64,000 nt of DNA from an uncultured Acidobacteriota bacterium (GCA_913043225.1 CAJWLU010000002.1:1-64000), one strand, 5' to 3'; positions 20,953-31,057 are shown, numbered from the stretch's first letter. Notes: a model not told the origin generated them from the letters alone. Numbers and translations are program-made.

Positions 20953-22028
20953 GGTTCTGCGACCGCTTCGACGTCCTTGAGCTGTTCAGCCCGGTAGTGG
21001 GTGGTGAGCGCTTCGCTGATCTCCACCAAGTCGCCGTTGAGCATCTCGGTCAAACGATGGGTCGTAAAGCCTATGCGATGGTCGGTGACACGGTTCTGCG
21101 GGAAGTTGTAGGTGCGAATCTTCTCGGAACGTTCCCCCGTCCCTACCTGGCTCTTGCGGCTGCTGGCGATTTCGTCGTGCTGGCGCTCCATCTCGAGCTC
21201 GTAGAGGCGGGCCCGTAGCACCTTCATCGCCTTCGCCTTGTTCTTGATCTGCGACTTCTCGTCCTGCTGCGACACCACCAGACCGGTGGGCTGATGGGTG
21301 ATCCGAACCGCTGAATAGGTGGTGTTGACGCTCTGTCCGCCGGGGCCGCTCGAGCAGAAGGTGTCGATTCTGAGGTCCTTTTCTTCGATCTGGATGTCCA
21401 CCTCTTCAGCTTCTGGAAGCACGGCCACGGTCGCGGTCGACGTATGGATGCGCCCGCTGGCCTCGGTGGTGGGGACGCGCTGCACCCGGTGGACGCCGCT
21501 CTCGTACTTAAGCTGGCTGTAGACCTGCCGGCCCTCGATCATCGCGATAACTTCCTTGATCGCGCCCACGCCACTCTCGCTCGTGGACATAACATCCACT
21601 TTCCAGCCCTGCCGCTCAGTGAAACGGGTGTACATCCGGAATAGATCACCCGCAAAGAGACCCGCCTCGTCGCCTCCGGTGCCGGCTCGGATCTCCAATA
21701 TGACGTTCTTCTCGTCGTTGGGATCCTTGGGCACCATTAGGCTCTTGATCTCGGTGACGAGGGTCTCGCGGCGTCCTTCAAGCGACGCTAGCTCCTGTTC
21801 GGCCAGCTCGCGCATGTCGGGATCGCTGCCCTCGGCGAGCTCCTTCGCCTGGTCGATCTCGTCCAGTACCGTCCTGTAGTCGCGGTACTTGTCTACGACC
21901 GGCTGGAGCTCGGACAGCGCCTTACTGTGCGTCCGGTACTGATTGGGATCCGACTGCACCGAGACGTCGCTGACCAGCGCCATGAGCTCGTCGTAGCGGG
22001 CTTCGATTGTCTGTAGCTTCTCGAACAT
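20949..22028 (-). CDS. prfA: Peptide chain release factor 1
   Basis: GGQ motif, PTT recognition loop, RTYNFPQ. Confidence 0.97.
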   Translation of the reverse strand: MFEKLQTIEARYDELMALVSDVSVQSDPNQYRTHSKALSELQPVVDKYRDYRTVLDEIDQAKELAEGSDPDMRELAEQELASLEGRRETLVTEIKSLMVPKDPNDEKNVILEIRAGTGGDEAGLFAGDLFRMYTRFTERQGWKVDVMSTSESGVGAIKEVIAMIEGRQVYSQLKYESGVHRVQRVPTTEASGRIHTSTATVAVLPEAEEVDIQIEEKDLRIDTFCSSGPGGQSVNTTYSAVRITHQPTGLVVSQQDEKSQIKNKAKAMKVLRARLYELEMERQHDEIASSRKSQVGTGERSEKIRTYNFPQNRVTDHRIGFTTHRLTEMLNGDLVEISEALTTHYRAEQLKDVEAVAEP

Positions 22029-22031
22029 CTC

Positions 22032-22277
22032 TCACCCACCGGAGACCGGTGGCAGGAACGCCACTTCGTCGCCGTCTGACACCGCTGAGTCCATCCGGGA
22101 GTACTCGGCGTTGACGGCGGTCGAGATCGATGATTCGTATTCAGCGAGCGCCGGGAACTCACCGGTCAGAGTTCCCCAGACCGCGCCGACGGTCGCTCCT
22201 TCTTCGACGTCGCGCGCCAGCTCGCCGGTGCCAGCTAGATCCCGAAGACGAGCGAAGAGTCTGATGGTGACCTGCAT
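22032..22277 (-). CDS. moaD: Molybdopterin synthase sulfur carrier subunit
   Basis: Ubiquitin-like; ends GDEVAFLPPVSGG. Confidence 0.95.
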   Translation of the reverse strand: MQVTIRLFARLRDLAGTGELARDVEEGATVGAVWGTLTGEFPALAEYESSISTAVNAEYSRMDSAVSDGDEVAFLPPVSGG

Positions 22278-22286
22278 CTGACAGAC

Positions 22287-22784
22287 CTACCCGTCGCTCG
22301 CCAGCCGATAGGCGTTCTCGCGGGCGCCATCGTCATCGGGGTTCGCTGTGGCGCCTTCAATCCAGACGTCGCCACCTTCGAAGAACTCATGCTTCCAGAT
22401 CGGCACGATTTGCTTGATCCGTTCGATGACGAAGCGGCATGCGGCGAAGGCGTCTGCTCGGTGTGGCGACGCTACGGCAATCATCACGCTGGCTTCGCCG
22501 ATCTGCAAGACACCGAGACGGTGGTGCAGGGCCATCTGCACGTCCCAGCGCTCGGCAGTTTCCTGGCCGATCTGCTCGAAGGCTCGCAAAGCCAAGGGTT
22601 CGTAGCCTTCGTACTCTAGCCGGAGTACACGGCGATCCACGTTGTGGTCTCGAACCAGCCCGACGAACGTCGAGAGCGCCCCCGGCCCGGGCGGCGGGTC
22701 GCCGTCCAGGCTCGCAGTGACCGCGTCGATCAGATCGTCGAGACGCAGCGGGTCGTGCGTTACCCGGTAGCGCGTCGTCGACAT
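22287..22784 (-). CDS. moaE: Molybdopterin synthase catalytic subunit
   Basis: FVGLVR, LEYEGY, HRLG, SPHR, VPIWKHE. Confidence 0.95.
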   Translation of the reverse strand: MSTTRYRVTHDPLRLDDLIDAVTASLDGDPPPGPGALSTFVGLVRDHNVDRRVLRLEYEGYEPLALRAFEQIGQETAERWDVQMALHHRLGVLQIGEASVMIAVASPHRADAFAACRFVIERIKQIVPIWKHEFFEGGDVWIEGATANPDDDGARENAYRLASDG

Positions 22785-22800
22785 CGCCCTCTATTGTTGC

Positions 22801-23607
22801 TCATTTGGCGGGCAAGTGACCGAGCGGCCCGTGACCGTGCCCGAGCGGGATGGCGTGCTCGATCGCCGTGGTGACGAACCGCTTCGCCGCCGAGACCGCG
22901 GCGTCCAGACTGTCGCCCAGGGCCAAGCGTCCGGCTACTGCGGCCGAGAACGTACAGCCGGTTCCATGGGTGCTGCGACTTTCGATGCGGGGGACCGACA
23001 GGCGACGTTCTCCGACATGGTCGACGAGCAGATCGACGGCGGCAGAGCCGCTCTGATCGCCGCCGGTGATGACCACAGCGCGTGCGCCGCCGTCGAGGAG
23101 TGCGCGGGCCACCCGAGTGACGTCGGTTGACGACTCGATCCGCTTGCCGGTCAGCACCTCGGCCTCCCGATGATTGGGCGTGACGAGGTGCGCTCGTGGC
23201 AGTAGCCGGTCACGGAGCAGTTCGATGGCGTCCTCGTCAAGGAGCCGGTCCCCGCTCGTCGAGACCAGCACCGGGTCGACCACCAGCGGAACCTCTGGGA
23301 TCTCGATCAGACGGTCGGCGACGGCCGCGACGACATCTCGCGTGCCCAGCATGCCGGTCTTGATGGCCGCCACCTGAAAGTCGTCGACCACGGCAGAGAT
23401 CTGGGCGGCCACCAGGGCTGGAGACACCGGCTCGAGGGCGGTGATGCCCCTCGTGTTCTGGGCCGTGATCGCGGCGACCGCCGAGGTGCCGTACACCCCG
23501 AGCGCGGCGAACGTCTTCAAGTCGGCCTGGATGCCGGCGCCGGCGCCGGAATCGCTTCCGGCGATGGTCAGTGCGGTCCGTACGGGGGATGCCGGGCGGG
23601 AGGTCAC
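22801..23607 (-). CDS. thiD: Hydroxymethylpyrimidine/phosphomethylpyrimidine kinase
   Basis: IAGSDSGAGAGIQADLKT, KTGML, THGTGCT. Confidence 0.95.
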   Translation of the reverse strand: MTSRPASPVRTALTIAGSDSGAGAGIQADLKTFAALGVYGTSAVAAITAQNTRGITALEPVSPALVAAQISAVVDDFQVAAIKTGMLGTRDVVAAVADRLIEIPEVPLVVDPVLVSTSGDRLLDEDAIELLRDRLLPRAHLVTPNHREAEVLTGKRIESSTDVTRVARALLDGGARAVVITGGDQSGSAAVDLLVDHVGERRLSVPRIESRSTHGTGCTFSAAVAGRLALGDSLDAAVSAAKRFVTTAIEHAIPLGHGHGPLGHLPAK

Positions 23608-24290
23608 GGGCCAACCTGATCGGTGGGTGGCGGCCTCTCGTCCTGGCCGAAGACGAGCAGGAACTGATAGGTCAGGAATGTCTCGTGCGAGAGTAGTCTC
23701 AGCCCTGCCGCGCTGGCCGCCTCGACGACCGCGTCCCGTTCTACCCGAGCCTCCATGAGCGGTCCCGGTCCACCACCTTCCTTGGTGAAGTCGACGATAC
23801 CGAGGCGTCCCTGGGGCTTGAGTGCCTGTGCCGCATCAGAAAGCCAGGCGACCGGGTCGGACACTTCGCCGATCACATCCACAATCAGGATGGCGTCGAG
23901 TGCGGCTGGCAGAAGCGGGCTCTCGGTGGTGCCCAAGACCGTCTCCACGTTAGTGAGTCCTTCTCGGTTTACCCGGTACTCGATGGCGTCCAGCATCTCG
24001 GGCTGCACGTCCTGGGCATACACGACGCCGTTCGGGCCCACTCGACGGGCCAGCCTGACCGTGAACCAGCCACCGCCGGCCCCCAGATCGGCCACCCGGG
24101 AGCCGTCTGCAATGCTCAGCGAGTCCATGATCTGATCCGGCTTCTGCCAGAGCGCCCGGTCGGGTCGTTCGAGCTGACCGAGATCTTCAGGGGGGAAGAG
24201 TCGTGCGTGGGGCAGGTTCTGGGCGGTGACCGAGCCGGCGCTCAGCACCGACACCCCGGCCAGCAGTGCACCCGGCAGGCTGACACGCAT
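23604..24290 (-). CDS. Class I SAM-dependent methyltransferase with signal-peptide-like N-terminus
   Basis: VADLGAGGG motif I. Confidence 0.85.
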   Translation of the reverse strand: MRVSLPGALLAGVSVLSAGSVTAQNLPHARLFPPEDLGQLERPDRALWQKPDQIMDSLSIADGSRVADLGAGGGWFTVRLARRVGPNGVVYAQDVQPEMLDAIEYRVNREGLTNVETVLGTTESPLLPAALDAILIVDVIGEVSDPVAWLSDAAQALKPQGRLGIVDFTKEGGGPGPLMEARVERDAVVEAASAAGLRLLSHETFLTYQFLLVFGQDERPPPTDQVGP

Positions 24291-24331
24291 TACTAGATTA
24301 TAGCGGGCCGACGACAGAGGAGGCCGGCCCC

Positions 24332-25276
24332 CTAGCGCGCCGGCTCGTCAGCCTCACAGGGATGTCGCAGCGGGTCGCCGAAGTCGGGCAGGGGTGGTCG
24401 GCCGTAGCCCTGCTGCGCGGCGAGCTGGTCGAGAGCGGTCGAGGCCAGGTCTTCCAGCGGGAGGAGCTCGAACGGCGTGCGCTGCTCCCGCGCGAGGTGC
24501 TTAAGATAGCCGCCGCAGTCACCGCATACCTGGGCCCGTCTCGGCGCGGCCGGTTCTTCCTTCAGCCACGTGACCTGGTCTGGCCCTTCCCCGCAGTAGC
24601 CACAGCCGGGGCCGATCGGCCATCCGTGGCCACAGAAGCTGCAGCGCAGCAGCGATTGCTCGTCAACCTGCTCAGAGAAGGCGGGCCAGGAGCCACAGGC
24701 GGGGCAGTACCCTCGGTTCCAGCGGGGCAGCGCGTCGGTCAGTGGCGTGGGGCCAGTCTCCGCCAGTTGCCTGGCGGCCACGTGGGCCGCCGGGGCGGCT
24801 GCGAGCTCCGCGGCGAGCCAGAGCACGTCCGGCGCAATGCTTTCGTGCAGCGCCTTTTCCCGGACAGCGTTCTGGTTGCGGTCGAGCGAGACGGCGAGCA
24901 GAGAGCCTAGGTCGATTCGACCCGCCTCCAGGCAGGTGCGTACGTTCCGGGCTACGTTACCCGCACCGCCCGTGGCAAGATCGTCGCAGGCGGCGGCCAC
25001 CAGCGGGCCGAGTTTGTCAACGGGCAAAGTCCAGGCACCGCCTCGGAAGAAGGGGAGACCTTCCCCCAGCCGAGCTGCCGCTGGCTCGGCCGCCACGTCA
25101 AGCAACGGCGCATCGGATTCGAGCAGGTCGCTCACGGCCGTGATCGTTCGCTCGACCAGACGTCGCTGCAGGATGACGGCAGCTTGCAGATGCGGTTCGT
25201 CGTGGCCGATGACGGTCCACCGCATATCGGCCGCTAGGCGCAGGTCGGAGGAAGAGAACGACACGACGTAGGTCAT
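24332..25276 (-). CDS. fdhE: Formate dehydrogenase accessory protein FdhE-like
   Basis: Four CxxC pairs: CPACGS, CSFCG..W, CGYCG, CGDCGGYLK. Confidence 0.85.
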   Translation of the reverse strand: MTYVVSFSSSDLRLAADMRWTVIGHDEPHLQAAVILQRRLVERTITAVSDLLESDAPLLDVAAEPAAARLGEGLPFFRGGAWTLPVDKLGPLVAAACDDLATGGAGNVARNVRTCLEAGRIDLGSLLAVSLDRNQNAVREKALHESIAPDVLWLAAELAAAPAAHVAARQLAETGPTPLTDALPRWNRGYCPACGSWPAFSEQVDEQSLLRCSFCGHGWPIGPGCGYCGEGPDQVTWLKEEPAAPRRAQVCGDCGGYLKHLAREQRTPFELLPLEDLASTALDQLAAQQGYGRPPLPDFGDPLRHPCEADEPAR

Positions 25277-25366
25277 TGTACCTGCTTGTCTTGAAGCGGT
25301 CCCGAGGCCCTCTATATAATGGCTTGGGTGCCCTGTTTCGGGGCTCCACCTAGGAGTTCACACACG

Positions 25367-25705
25367 ATGTCCGAACTGATCACGGTGACCGAGACCGCTG
25401 CATCCAAGATTTCCGCGCTTATGGCCGAGGACGAGAAGACCGAGGCTGGTCTGCGCGTGTTTGTCCAGGGTGGTGGCTGTTCCGGGTTCCAATATGGCCT
25501 CATGATCGACGAGACCCAGGTTGACCCTGCGGTAGACAAGGTCTTTGAATCCAATGGGGTTCGGCTATACGTCGACCCGATCAGCATGCGGTATCTGACC
25601 GGAGCGCAGGTTGACTTCGTCGACAACCTGACTGGCGGCGGGTTTACGATCAAGAACCCCAATGCGACGTCAACCTGCGGATGCGGGTCGTCGTTCAACG
25701 TCTAG
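25367..25705 (+). CDS. erpA: Fe-S cluster insertion protein (HesB/IscA/ErpA)
   Basis: GGGCSG..NPNATSTCGCGSSF; TATAAT at 25315-25320 and RBS AGGAG. Confidence 0.93.
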   Translation: MSELITVTETAASKISALMAEDEKTEAGLRVFVQGGGCSGFQYGLMIDETQVDPAVDKVFESNGVRLYVDPISMRYLTGAQVDFVDNLTGGGFTIKNPNATSTCGCGSSFNV

Positions 25706-25741
25706 AGAGACCGCGGTTACCGCGGCGTGGACTCGGCCGTT

Positions 25742-26710
25742 ATGGACCCACGCTCAGACTATCTCGACAGCCTGCGCCCAGAGGGCGGGAAGCGGTCCAG
25801 CAAGCGAGACCGCATCGTCAGCGTCTTCCTGAATCAAGACGGACATCTTAGCGCCGACGACCTCGTCGACCTGATGCGGAAGGAAGACGAGCAGATCAGT
25901 CGGGCCACCGTCTATCGCACGCTGCAGTGGATGGTCGACGCGGGCATTGCTCGTAAAGTCGACTTTGGCGATGGCCGTTTCCGGTTCGAGCACTCCTACC
26001 GGCATCCTCGACACTTCCATCTGGTCTGCACCGAGTGCCGTCGGTCGTTTGAGTTCCTTAGCTCCGATGTCGAGGTGCTGCTCGAGGAGATCGCAGCCGC
26101 GCGGGGCTTCGAAGCGGTACAAAGCGTGCTTCAGGTTCGCGGGACTTGCGAGGACTGTCAGACCGGCCGGGCACCGACGCCGCCTGGAGCGTCCACCGAG
26201 TTGCTGTTCGCCCGGGATGCCTTGCAGATGGCGATCGCCACCGAGCAGAGCGGGTTCGACTTCTACAGTCGGGGCGCCAAGTTCGTGAAGGACGATCGCG
26301 CCCGCGGCGTCTTTACGCGACTGGCCGAGGAGGAAGAGGAACACTTGGGGACCTTGCAGGCCAGATACCAGGAACTGCTCCAGGAAGACCCGGAGTTGGA
26401 GTCGTATCCCCGGTTCCTGTTCTTCAAGGGGGCGGCTAGCGGCCTCTTCGCGTCTGGCGCCGCCGACCTCGACTCGGTGACCGATGATCTCGACGCGTTG
26501 ATGATCGGGATTCGGTGTGAGCGTGGTTCCCACCGCTTCTTCAAGCGGTATGGCGAGCGGTTCGAGGACTCGGAAGGAAAGCGGATTTTTCTGGAGTTCG
26601 CCGAAGAGGAGAAAGAGCACCTCGATCTGCTGATCTCCGAGTATCGCCTGCTCGTCGACAAGCAGGTGCGGCCGCGTCGCGGAGCCTCTCGCAAAGCCCG
26701 TCCGTCCTGA
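25742..26710 (+). CDS. Fur-family regulator fused to a rubrerythrin/ferritin-like domain
   Basis: N-terminus: SRATVYRTL, HFHLVCTEC, CEDC. C-terminus: EQSGFDFY..EEEEEH and ERGSHRFF..EEEKEH. Confidence 0.88.
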   Translation: MDPRSDYLDSLRPEGGKRSSKRDRIVSVFLNQDGHLSADDLVDLMRKEDEQISRATVYRTLQWMVDAGIARKVDFGDGRFRFEHSYRHPRHFHLVCTECRRSFEFLSSDVEVLLEEIAAARGFEAVQSVLQVRGTCEDCQTGRAPTPPGASTELLFARDALQMAIATEQSGFDFYSRGAKFVKDDRARGVFTRLAEEEEEHLGTLQARYQELLQEDPELESYPRFLFFKGAASGLFASGAADLDSVTDDLDALMIGIRCERGSHRFFKRYGERFEDSEGKRIFLEFAEEEKEHLDLLISEYRLLVDKQVRPRRGASRKARPS

Positions 26711-27186
26711 TGTCCGCTGCGCTTCTTACGGCGGCGGTGCTGTCGCTAGTCGGTCTGCTGGTGAGCTTCGCGCTCGGCTTTCTTGCCGACACCCAGGAGC
26801 TGGTGCTGCAGCACGCCACCCTTTCTATCTTCGTCACCCTAATCATGCTGCTCGCCTACTCGATGATCATGTTCTATCTGATCGGCAAGGTGCGGGCGAT
26901 TAAGGACGCGGTGGCCGAAGGGAGACTCGCGACCGACGCGGTGGCGCGAGCCTCGGCTGTCCGCCCGCCGGTCTTCAAGCTCGGCTCGGTGGCGATGGCC
27001 CTCACCATGGTGACCGCCGTCATCGGAGGAGGCGTCGACACGAACGTCATTCCCGCCGGATTCCACTCGATGCTTGGGGTGCTGGCCATCCTGGCCAACG
27101 GCGTCGCGCTCCGCGCCGTGGTGGCCGCGTTCAACGAGTCCAATCGGATCGTCGACGAGGTCAACCGCTTGCTGGGTGTCGAGTGA
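26710..27186 (+). CDS. Four-TM hypothetical membrane protein
   Basis: Four hydrophobic helices; translationally coupled (TGATG) to the Fur fusion. Confidence 0.8.
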   Translation: MSAALLTAAVLSLVGLLVSFALGFLADTQELVLQHATLSIFVTLIMLLAYSMIMFYLIGKVRAIKDAVAEGRLATDAVARASAVRPPVFKLGSVAMALTMVTAVIGGGVDTNVIPAGFHSMLGVLAILANGVALRAVVAAFNESNRIVDEVNRLLGVE

Positions 27187-27908
27187 CCCCCTCGCCGTCG
27201 CCGTCCGGTTCGTCGGCGGTCTATGACAAGATCCTGCTCTTTGATATCGATGGCACCCTCCTGCTGTCGGGGAGGGCTGGCTATCGCGCGCTGACGCGGA
27301 CCTTCGAGGAGGTCTTCGGGGTGGCCCGCGGCTTCGACGGTGTTCCAGTTGCCGGCAAGACCGACGAGATCATTTTGACCGACGCGTTGGCACGGGCTGG
27401 CGTCGAGGCCGACCAGGCTCATCGGCGGCGATTCCACGACCGCTACTGCGAGCTCTTCGCCGGGGAGATTCACTTTCCCGGTCCTCGTAAGGGGCTGATG
27501 CCGGGGGTAGCGGACCTGCTCGCCACGCTGGACGACCGGCCCGAGATTCGCTGCGGCCTCGTGACCGGGAACTTCGCTCGGCCGGCCCAGATCAAACTGG
27601 AGTACTTTGACCTCTGGCGTTACTTTCATTTCGGCGCCTATGGCGACGATGCACCGACGCGTGACGACCTGGTGCCGATCGCGGTCGAACGCGCCCGGTT
27701 GGCGGGCGCCGAGGTGGCGGCTCCTGCCGATGTCGTCGTCATCGGCGACACCCCGCTCGACGTGCAGTGCGCCCGAGTGGCGGGGGCCCGGCCCGTCGCA
27801 GTTGCGACCGGGTCCTACGACCAGGCTGCGCTGGAGGCGACTGGAGCCGCCGTGGTCGCGAACTTCAGTAACAGCGAGGCGGTGGTGTGTCTGCTGCTGG
27901 AACCGTAG
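27183..27908 (+). CDS. HAD family hydrolase (phosphoglycolate phosphatase-like)
   Basis: FDIDGTL, VTGN, IGDTPLD. Confidence 0.9.
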   Translation: MTPSPSPSGSSAVYDKILLFDIDGTLLLSGRAGYRALTRTFEEVFGVARGFDGVPVAGKTDEIILTDALARAGVEADQAHRRRFHDRYCELFAGEIHFPGPRKGLMPGVADLLATLDDRPEIRCGLVTGNFARPAQIKLEYFDLWRYFHFGAYGDDAPTRDDLVPIAVERARLAGAEVAAPADVVVIGDTPLDVQCARVAGARPVAVATGSYDQAALEATGAAVVANFSNSEAVVCLLLEP

Positions 27909-29670
27909 GTCGATGGTGCAAGCCCAGAGGTTTCACCGGAGGGCCTGGCTGAATGGGGCCGCAGCACCCCCCGGGGACCCAGTCATCCGGAAACAGAAAG
28001 ATGGACTGGGTGCCGCTGAGCACGCCGGTGTTCTCGAGCGGGATCCCGCGGTCGTCGGCCCTCACCGTGATCTCGTAGAACGTCCGGTCGACACCGTGTG
28101 AATTGACCACGAACAGCCCGTTACATCCTTGAATCGGTCCCAGGAATGGGTGGGTATGGCCCTTGTGATGGAAGATGACGGTCCACACCATCCGTTCGCA
28201 CGGGATGAGTCCTCCCTCCAGATCGAGTGCGGTGCCGCTGAACTGAATCAGCTCGCCTTCGGTATAGCGATAGTCCTTGGCTGGCTGTTCGATCACCGGA
28301 GTAGGTCTCGTATTGCCCGACACGATCCGGAGGTCCGGCGTAGTGCGAGCGGCGCCACCGGTGTCGGTCACCGTCAGTCGAGCCCGGTAGGCACCGGCGG
28401 CGTAGGTCGTGGTGACCACCGCGCCGGACACGTGGTTGCCGTTTCCCAGGTCCCAGGAGTAGCTCAGGGCGTCCCCGTCAGGGTCTGACGAGGCGGCTCC
28501 ATTGAGTGTAACCGTGAGCGGCGCCTTGCCGTTGTCCGGCGCCACTGTGGCGGTGGCGATCGGCTGGCGGTTGTCGCCGCCGGTGAAGGTGATCCGAAAT
28601 ACCTGCCCGGTCGCGAAGGCCACGTAGTAGAGCGCGCCGTCTGGTCCGAAGCGGAGATCGACTGGCGCGCCCGACGTCTCGGAGGCGAAAACGTCGACCG
28701 AAGCGGGCTGATTGAGCGGGTCGAGCACCATCCGGAATATCTCGTTGGTGACCGCGTCGGCGAAGAAGAAGTCGCCCGAGTACTCTTCCGGGAAGTCGGT
28801 GGCCACGGCGTGCTCGCCGGCGATGATGGCGTGGCCGTTCTCCGAGGTGTGGGCATAGGCGTAGATCGGGTAGGTGACTCCCGAGACCCCTGCCGGTTCG
28901 GGGCCCTCGACTATGGCCCACCCAAAGTTCCCGCCGACCACACCGATGTTCAGTTCTTCGAAGCGCTCGTCTCCGACGTCACCAATGAACAGGTTATTGC
29001 TCTCGGGTTGCAGGCTGAACCGCCAAGGGTTCCTGAAGCCGATCGCCCACACCCGCGGATCGCCGCCGCCGCTCAGGTAGGGGTTCCCAGCTGCCGGGGT
29101 GCCGTCCCGGTTGAGATGCAGGATCTTTCCGCGCACGTCGTCGGGGTTCTGCGACGTCGACGAGTTCTGTAGGTCGTCTCCCGTCGACAGGAAGAGCGTG
29201 CCATCGGGTGTGAACCGGAGACAGCCGCCATGGTGGAATTCGCCCTGCAGGTCCGGGGTCTCGAACAGGAGTGTCTCGTCTACCAGCTGATCGCCGACGC
29301 TGCGGAACCGGGCGAGGCGGTTCCTGACCTGTGGCCCCGCCGTCGTGTAGTAGATCCAGACGTGACGGTTCTCGAGGAAGTCTGGGTCGATAGCGATGCT
29401 GTGGATGCCACGCTCGCCCTCGATGCTGACCGCGAGCCTGATGACTTCAACCAGCTGGCCGTCACGCAGACGCCAGACGTGCCCCTCCTTGCCCCCGAGC
29501 CACATCGTGCCCTCGGGATCCCAGGTCATGGAGGTTGGCGCCGGCAGGCCGTCGGCGACCAGCTGCTCGATAAACCCGGGCGGCAGGTTGGTGGCGGCGC
29601 TAGGGAGAGGCAGTCCCACGATGACGATCGCGATGACCAGGACACCCCTTAGCCAGTTCCGCTTCTTCAT
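27865..29670 (-). CDS. Secreted PQQ-dependent sugar dehydrogenase (GSDH) family protein with PKD domain
   Basis: Signal peptide; HHGG, GFRNPWR, GGNFGW; PKD motif SSDPDGDALSYSWDLG. Confidence 0.85.
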   Translation of the reverse strand: MKKRNWLRGVLVIAIVIVGLPLPSAATNLPPGFIEQLVADGLPAPTSMTWDPEGTMWLGGKEGHVWRLRDGQLVEVIRLAVSIEGERGIHSIAIDPDFLENRHVWIYYTTAGPQVRNRLARFRSVGDQLVDETLLFETPDLQGEFHHGGCLRFTPDGTLFLSTGDDLQNSSTSQNPDDVRGKILHLNRDGTPAAGNPYLSGGGDPRVWAIGFRNPWRFSLQPESNNLFIGDVGDERFEELNIGVVGGNFGWAIVEGPEPAGVSGVTYPIYAYAHTSENGHAIIAGEHAVATDFPEEYSGDFFFADAVTNEIFRMVLDPLNQPASVDVFASETSGAPVDLRFGPDGALYYVAFATGQVFRITFTGGDNRQPIATATVAPDNGKAPLTVTLNGAASSDPDGDALSYSWDLGNGNHVSGAVVTTTYAAGAYRARLTVTDTGGAARTTPDLRIVSGNTRPTPVIEQPAKDYRYTEGELIQFSGTALDLEGGLIPCERMVWTVIFHHKGHTHPFLGPIQGCNGLFVVNSHGVDRTFYEITVRADDRGIPLENTGVLSGTQSIFLFPDDWVPGGCCGPIQPGPPVKPLGLHHRPTVPAADTPPPRCY

Positions 29671-29673
29671 TGA

Positions 29674-30408
29674 TCAGAAGCCGACGGCTAGACCCAACGT
29701 AAAGCTGGTCTGGCGATGGTTGAAGAACGAGAGCGTGGGCAACGTCGACTCGAGCTCGACGTTCGTGTAGGACAGGTCCGCGCGGCCGCTCCAGCGGTCT
29801 GTGAGCGCGTGCGTCAGGGTGAGTCGTGCCGATTGTCCCGAGGAGACGTCCGGCTCGTTGGCGACGCCATCGACTCGCAGCTGTCCGTTGACCGTGCTGG
29901 CATAGGTCAGCCTGAGCTTCGTGCGGTCTCCGGCCTCGACGATAGCCCCGATTCCGGTCATCGGGGCGCCGATGGTTCCGGCCCGGCTTCGGTCGATGTG
30001 GCGATGCTCGAGATAGACGCCCGCGAGAAACGCGCCGAGACGGAGCGCGAGGAACTCGTTCAGCCAGACGTCGGTCTGCTCGAAAACGCCGACGTTCAGG
30101 CTGACGCCGTCCGGGATCTCCAGCCCGAAACCTCGAACAACAAGGTCGCCGCCCACGACGAGTGGGAGACCAGCGACGTTGCCCAGTCCATGGGTGGCGC
30201 CGGCGCCAACGCCATATATCAGAGTCGGGTCGCCGCTGGCGGAACCAAGGTCGGTGCTCGCGACGCCGACTTCGTAGATGCCGTGACTGTCGAGTTGGGC
30301 CAGAGCGGTCGTGGGCAGCAGCACACCGACCAGCGCGAGTATGGCTAGGCGACGAGGCAAAGTGGATGCGAAGATCCCCCAGGGCACCGCTGAGATCCTA
30401 CCTTCCAT
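29674..30408 (-). CDS. Putative outer-membrane beta-barrel protein
   Basis: Signal peptide ending ALA-Q, amphipathic strands, C-terminal Phe. Start uncertain. Confidence 0.6.
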   Translation of the reverse strand: MEGRISAVPWGIFASTLPRRLAILALVGVLLPTTALAQLDSHGIYEVGVASTDLGSASGDPTLIYGVGAGATHGLGNVAGLPLVVGGDLVVRGFGLEIPDGVSLNVGVFEQTDVWLNEFLALRLGAFLAGVYLEHRHIDRSRAGTIGAPMTGIGAIVEAGDRTKLRLTYASTVNGQLRVDGVANEPDVSSGQSARLTLTHALTDRWSGRADLSYTNVELESTLPTLSFFNHRQTSFTLGLAVGF

Positions 30409-30511
30409 CACCGACTGCACGACGGTATCGCGTTCTTCGTCCATGGAAGAGCCTACCCGAGAAGAACGCCTGAGTAGGGGACCGAACGGCTCCAGTTCCG
30501 AGGAAGACAGG

Positions 30512-30608
30512 TGGCGGAAGCGCCTGGGAGTCGAACCCAGCCCCCCCACGTTAGCAGGGGGCGACCGGTTTTGAAGACCGGGAGGGCCACCGGGCCCCAT
30601 TCGCTTCC
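30512..30608 (-). tRNA. selC: tRNA-Sec (UCA)
   Basis: 97 nt, GGAAGCG..CGCTTCCGCCA; anticodon loop CTTCAAA; long extra arm; GTTCGAC T-loop. Confidence 0.93.
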
Positions 30609-30807
30609 GTAGCGATCATTATCGAACAAACGGTGCACTCCTCTTGCCCGTTGCGGCCGGGGGGAGCGACGACTGCTAGCTGGGGAGAGATGAAGCCGTG
30701 GGCGAGGCAATACTGGAACGGCCCGGTCAGACAATTCACCGATGAAGCTTCGCGGGCGAACGTCGCGAGACGCTGAGGCCCGGCCTAGCGGACCGCTAAC
30801 GTGGGGG

Positions 30808-30840
30808 GCGCCGTCCCGACGTTCCAGGGCGGGACGGCGC
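30808..30840 (-). terminator. Hairpin downstream of the cold-shock gene
   Basis: 11-bp stem GCGCCGTCCCG/CGGGACGGCGC; no U-tract. Confidence 0.5.
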
Positions 30841-30850
30841 AGCGGAGCGC

Positions 30851-31057
30851 TTAGCTCTCGATCAGACGAACTTCACCAGCCCGGGGACCTTTACCAGAAT
30901 CCTCGGTCGTGAACTCGACCCGCTGGCCTTCACGGAGCAGCTCGAACACCGCACCGCGGACCGCGCTCCGATGGAAAAAATGCTCGATTCCGCCCTCATC
31001 GCGAATGAAGCCGAACCCCTTGTCGATCAAGAGACGTGCGATAGTACCGCTGGCCAT
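30851..31057 (-). CDS. Cold-shock domain protein
   Basis: KGFGFI (RNP1), FFHRSA (RNP2), KGPRA. Confidence 0.93.
   Translation of the reverse strand: MASGTIARLLIDKGFGFIRDEGGIEHFFHRSAVRGAVFELLREGQRVEFTTEDSGKGPRAGEVRLIES

Noticed and set aside
27865..30512. Possible island integrated at the tRNA-Sec 3' end (OMP + GSDH/PKD genes)
   Set aside because: No integrase, no duplicated tRNA 3' end seen by eye, and composition is similar to the flanks.
29674..30600. 308-aa ORF at full length
   Set aside because: Its 5' part runs through tRNA-Sec; the true start is downstream.
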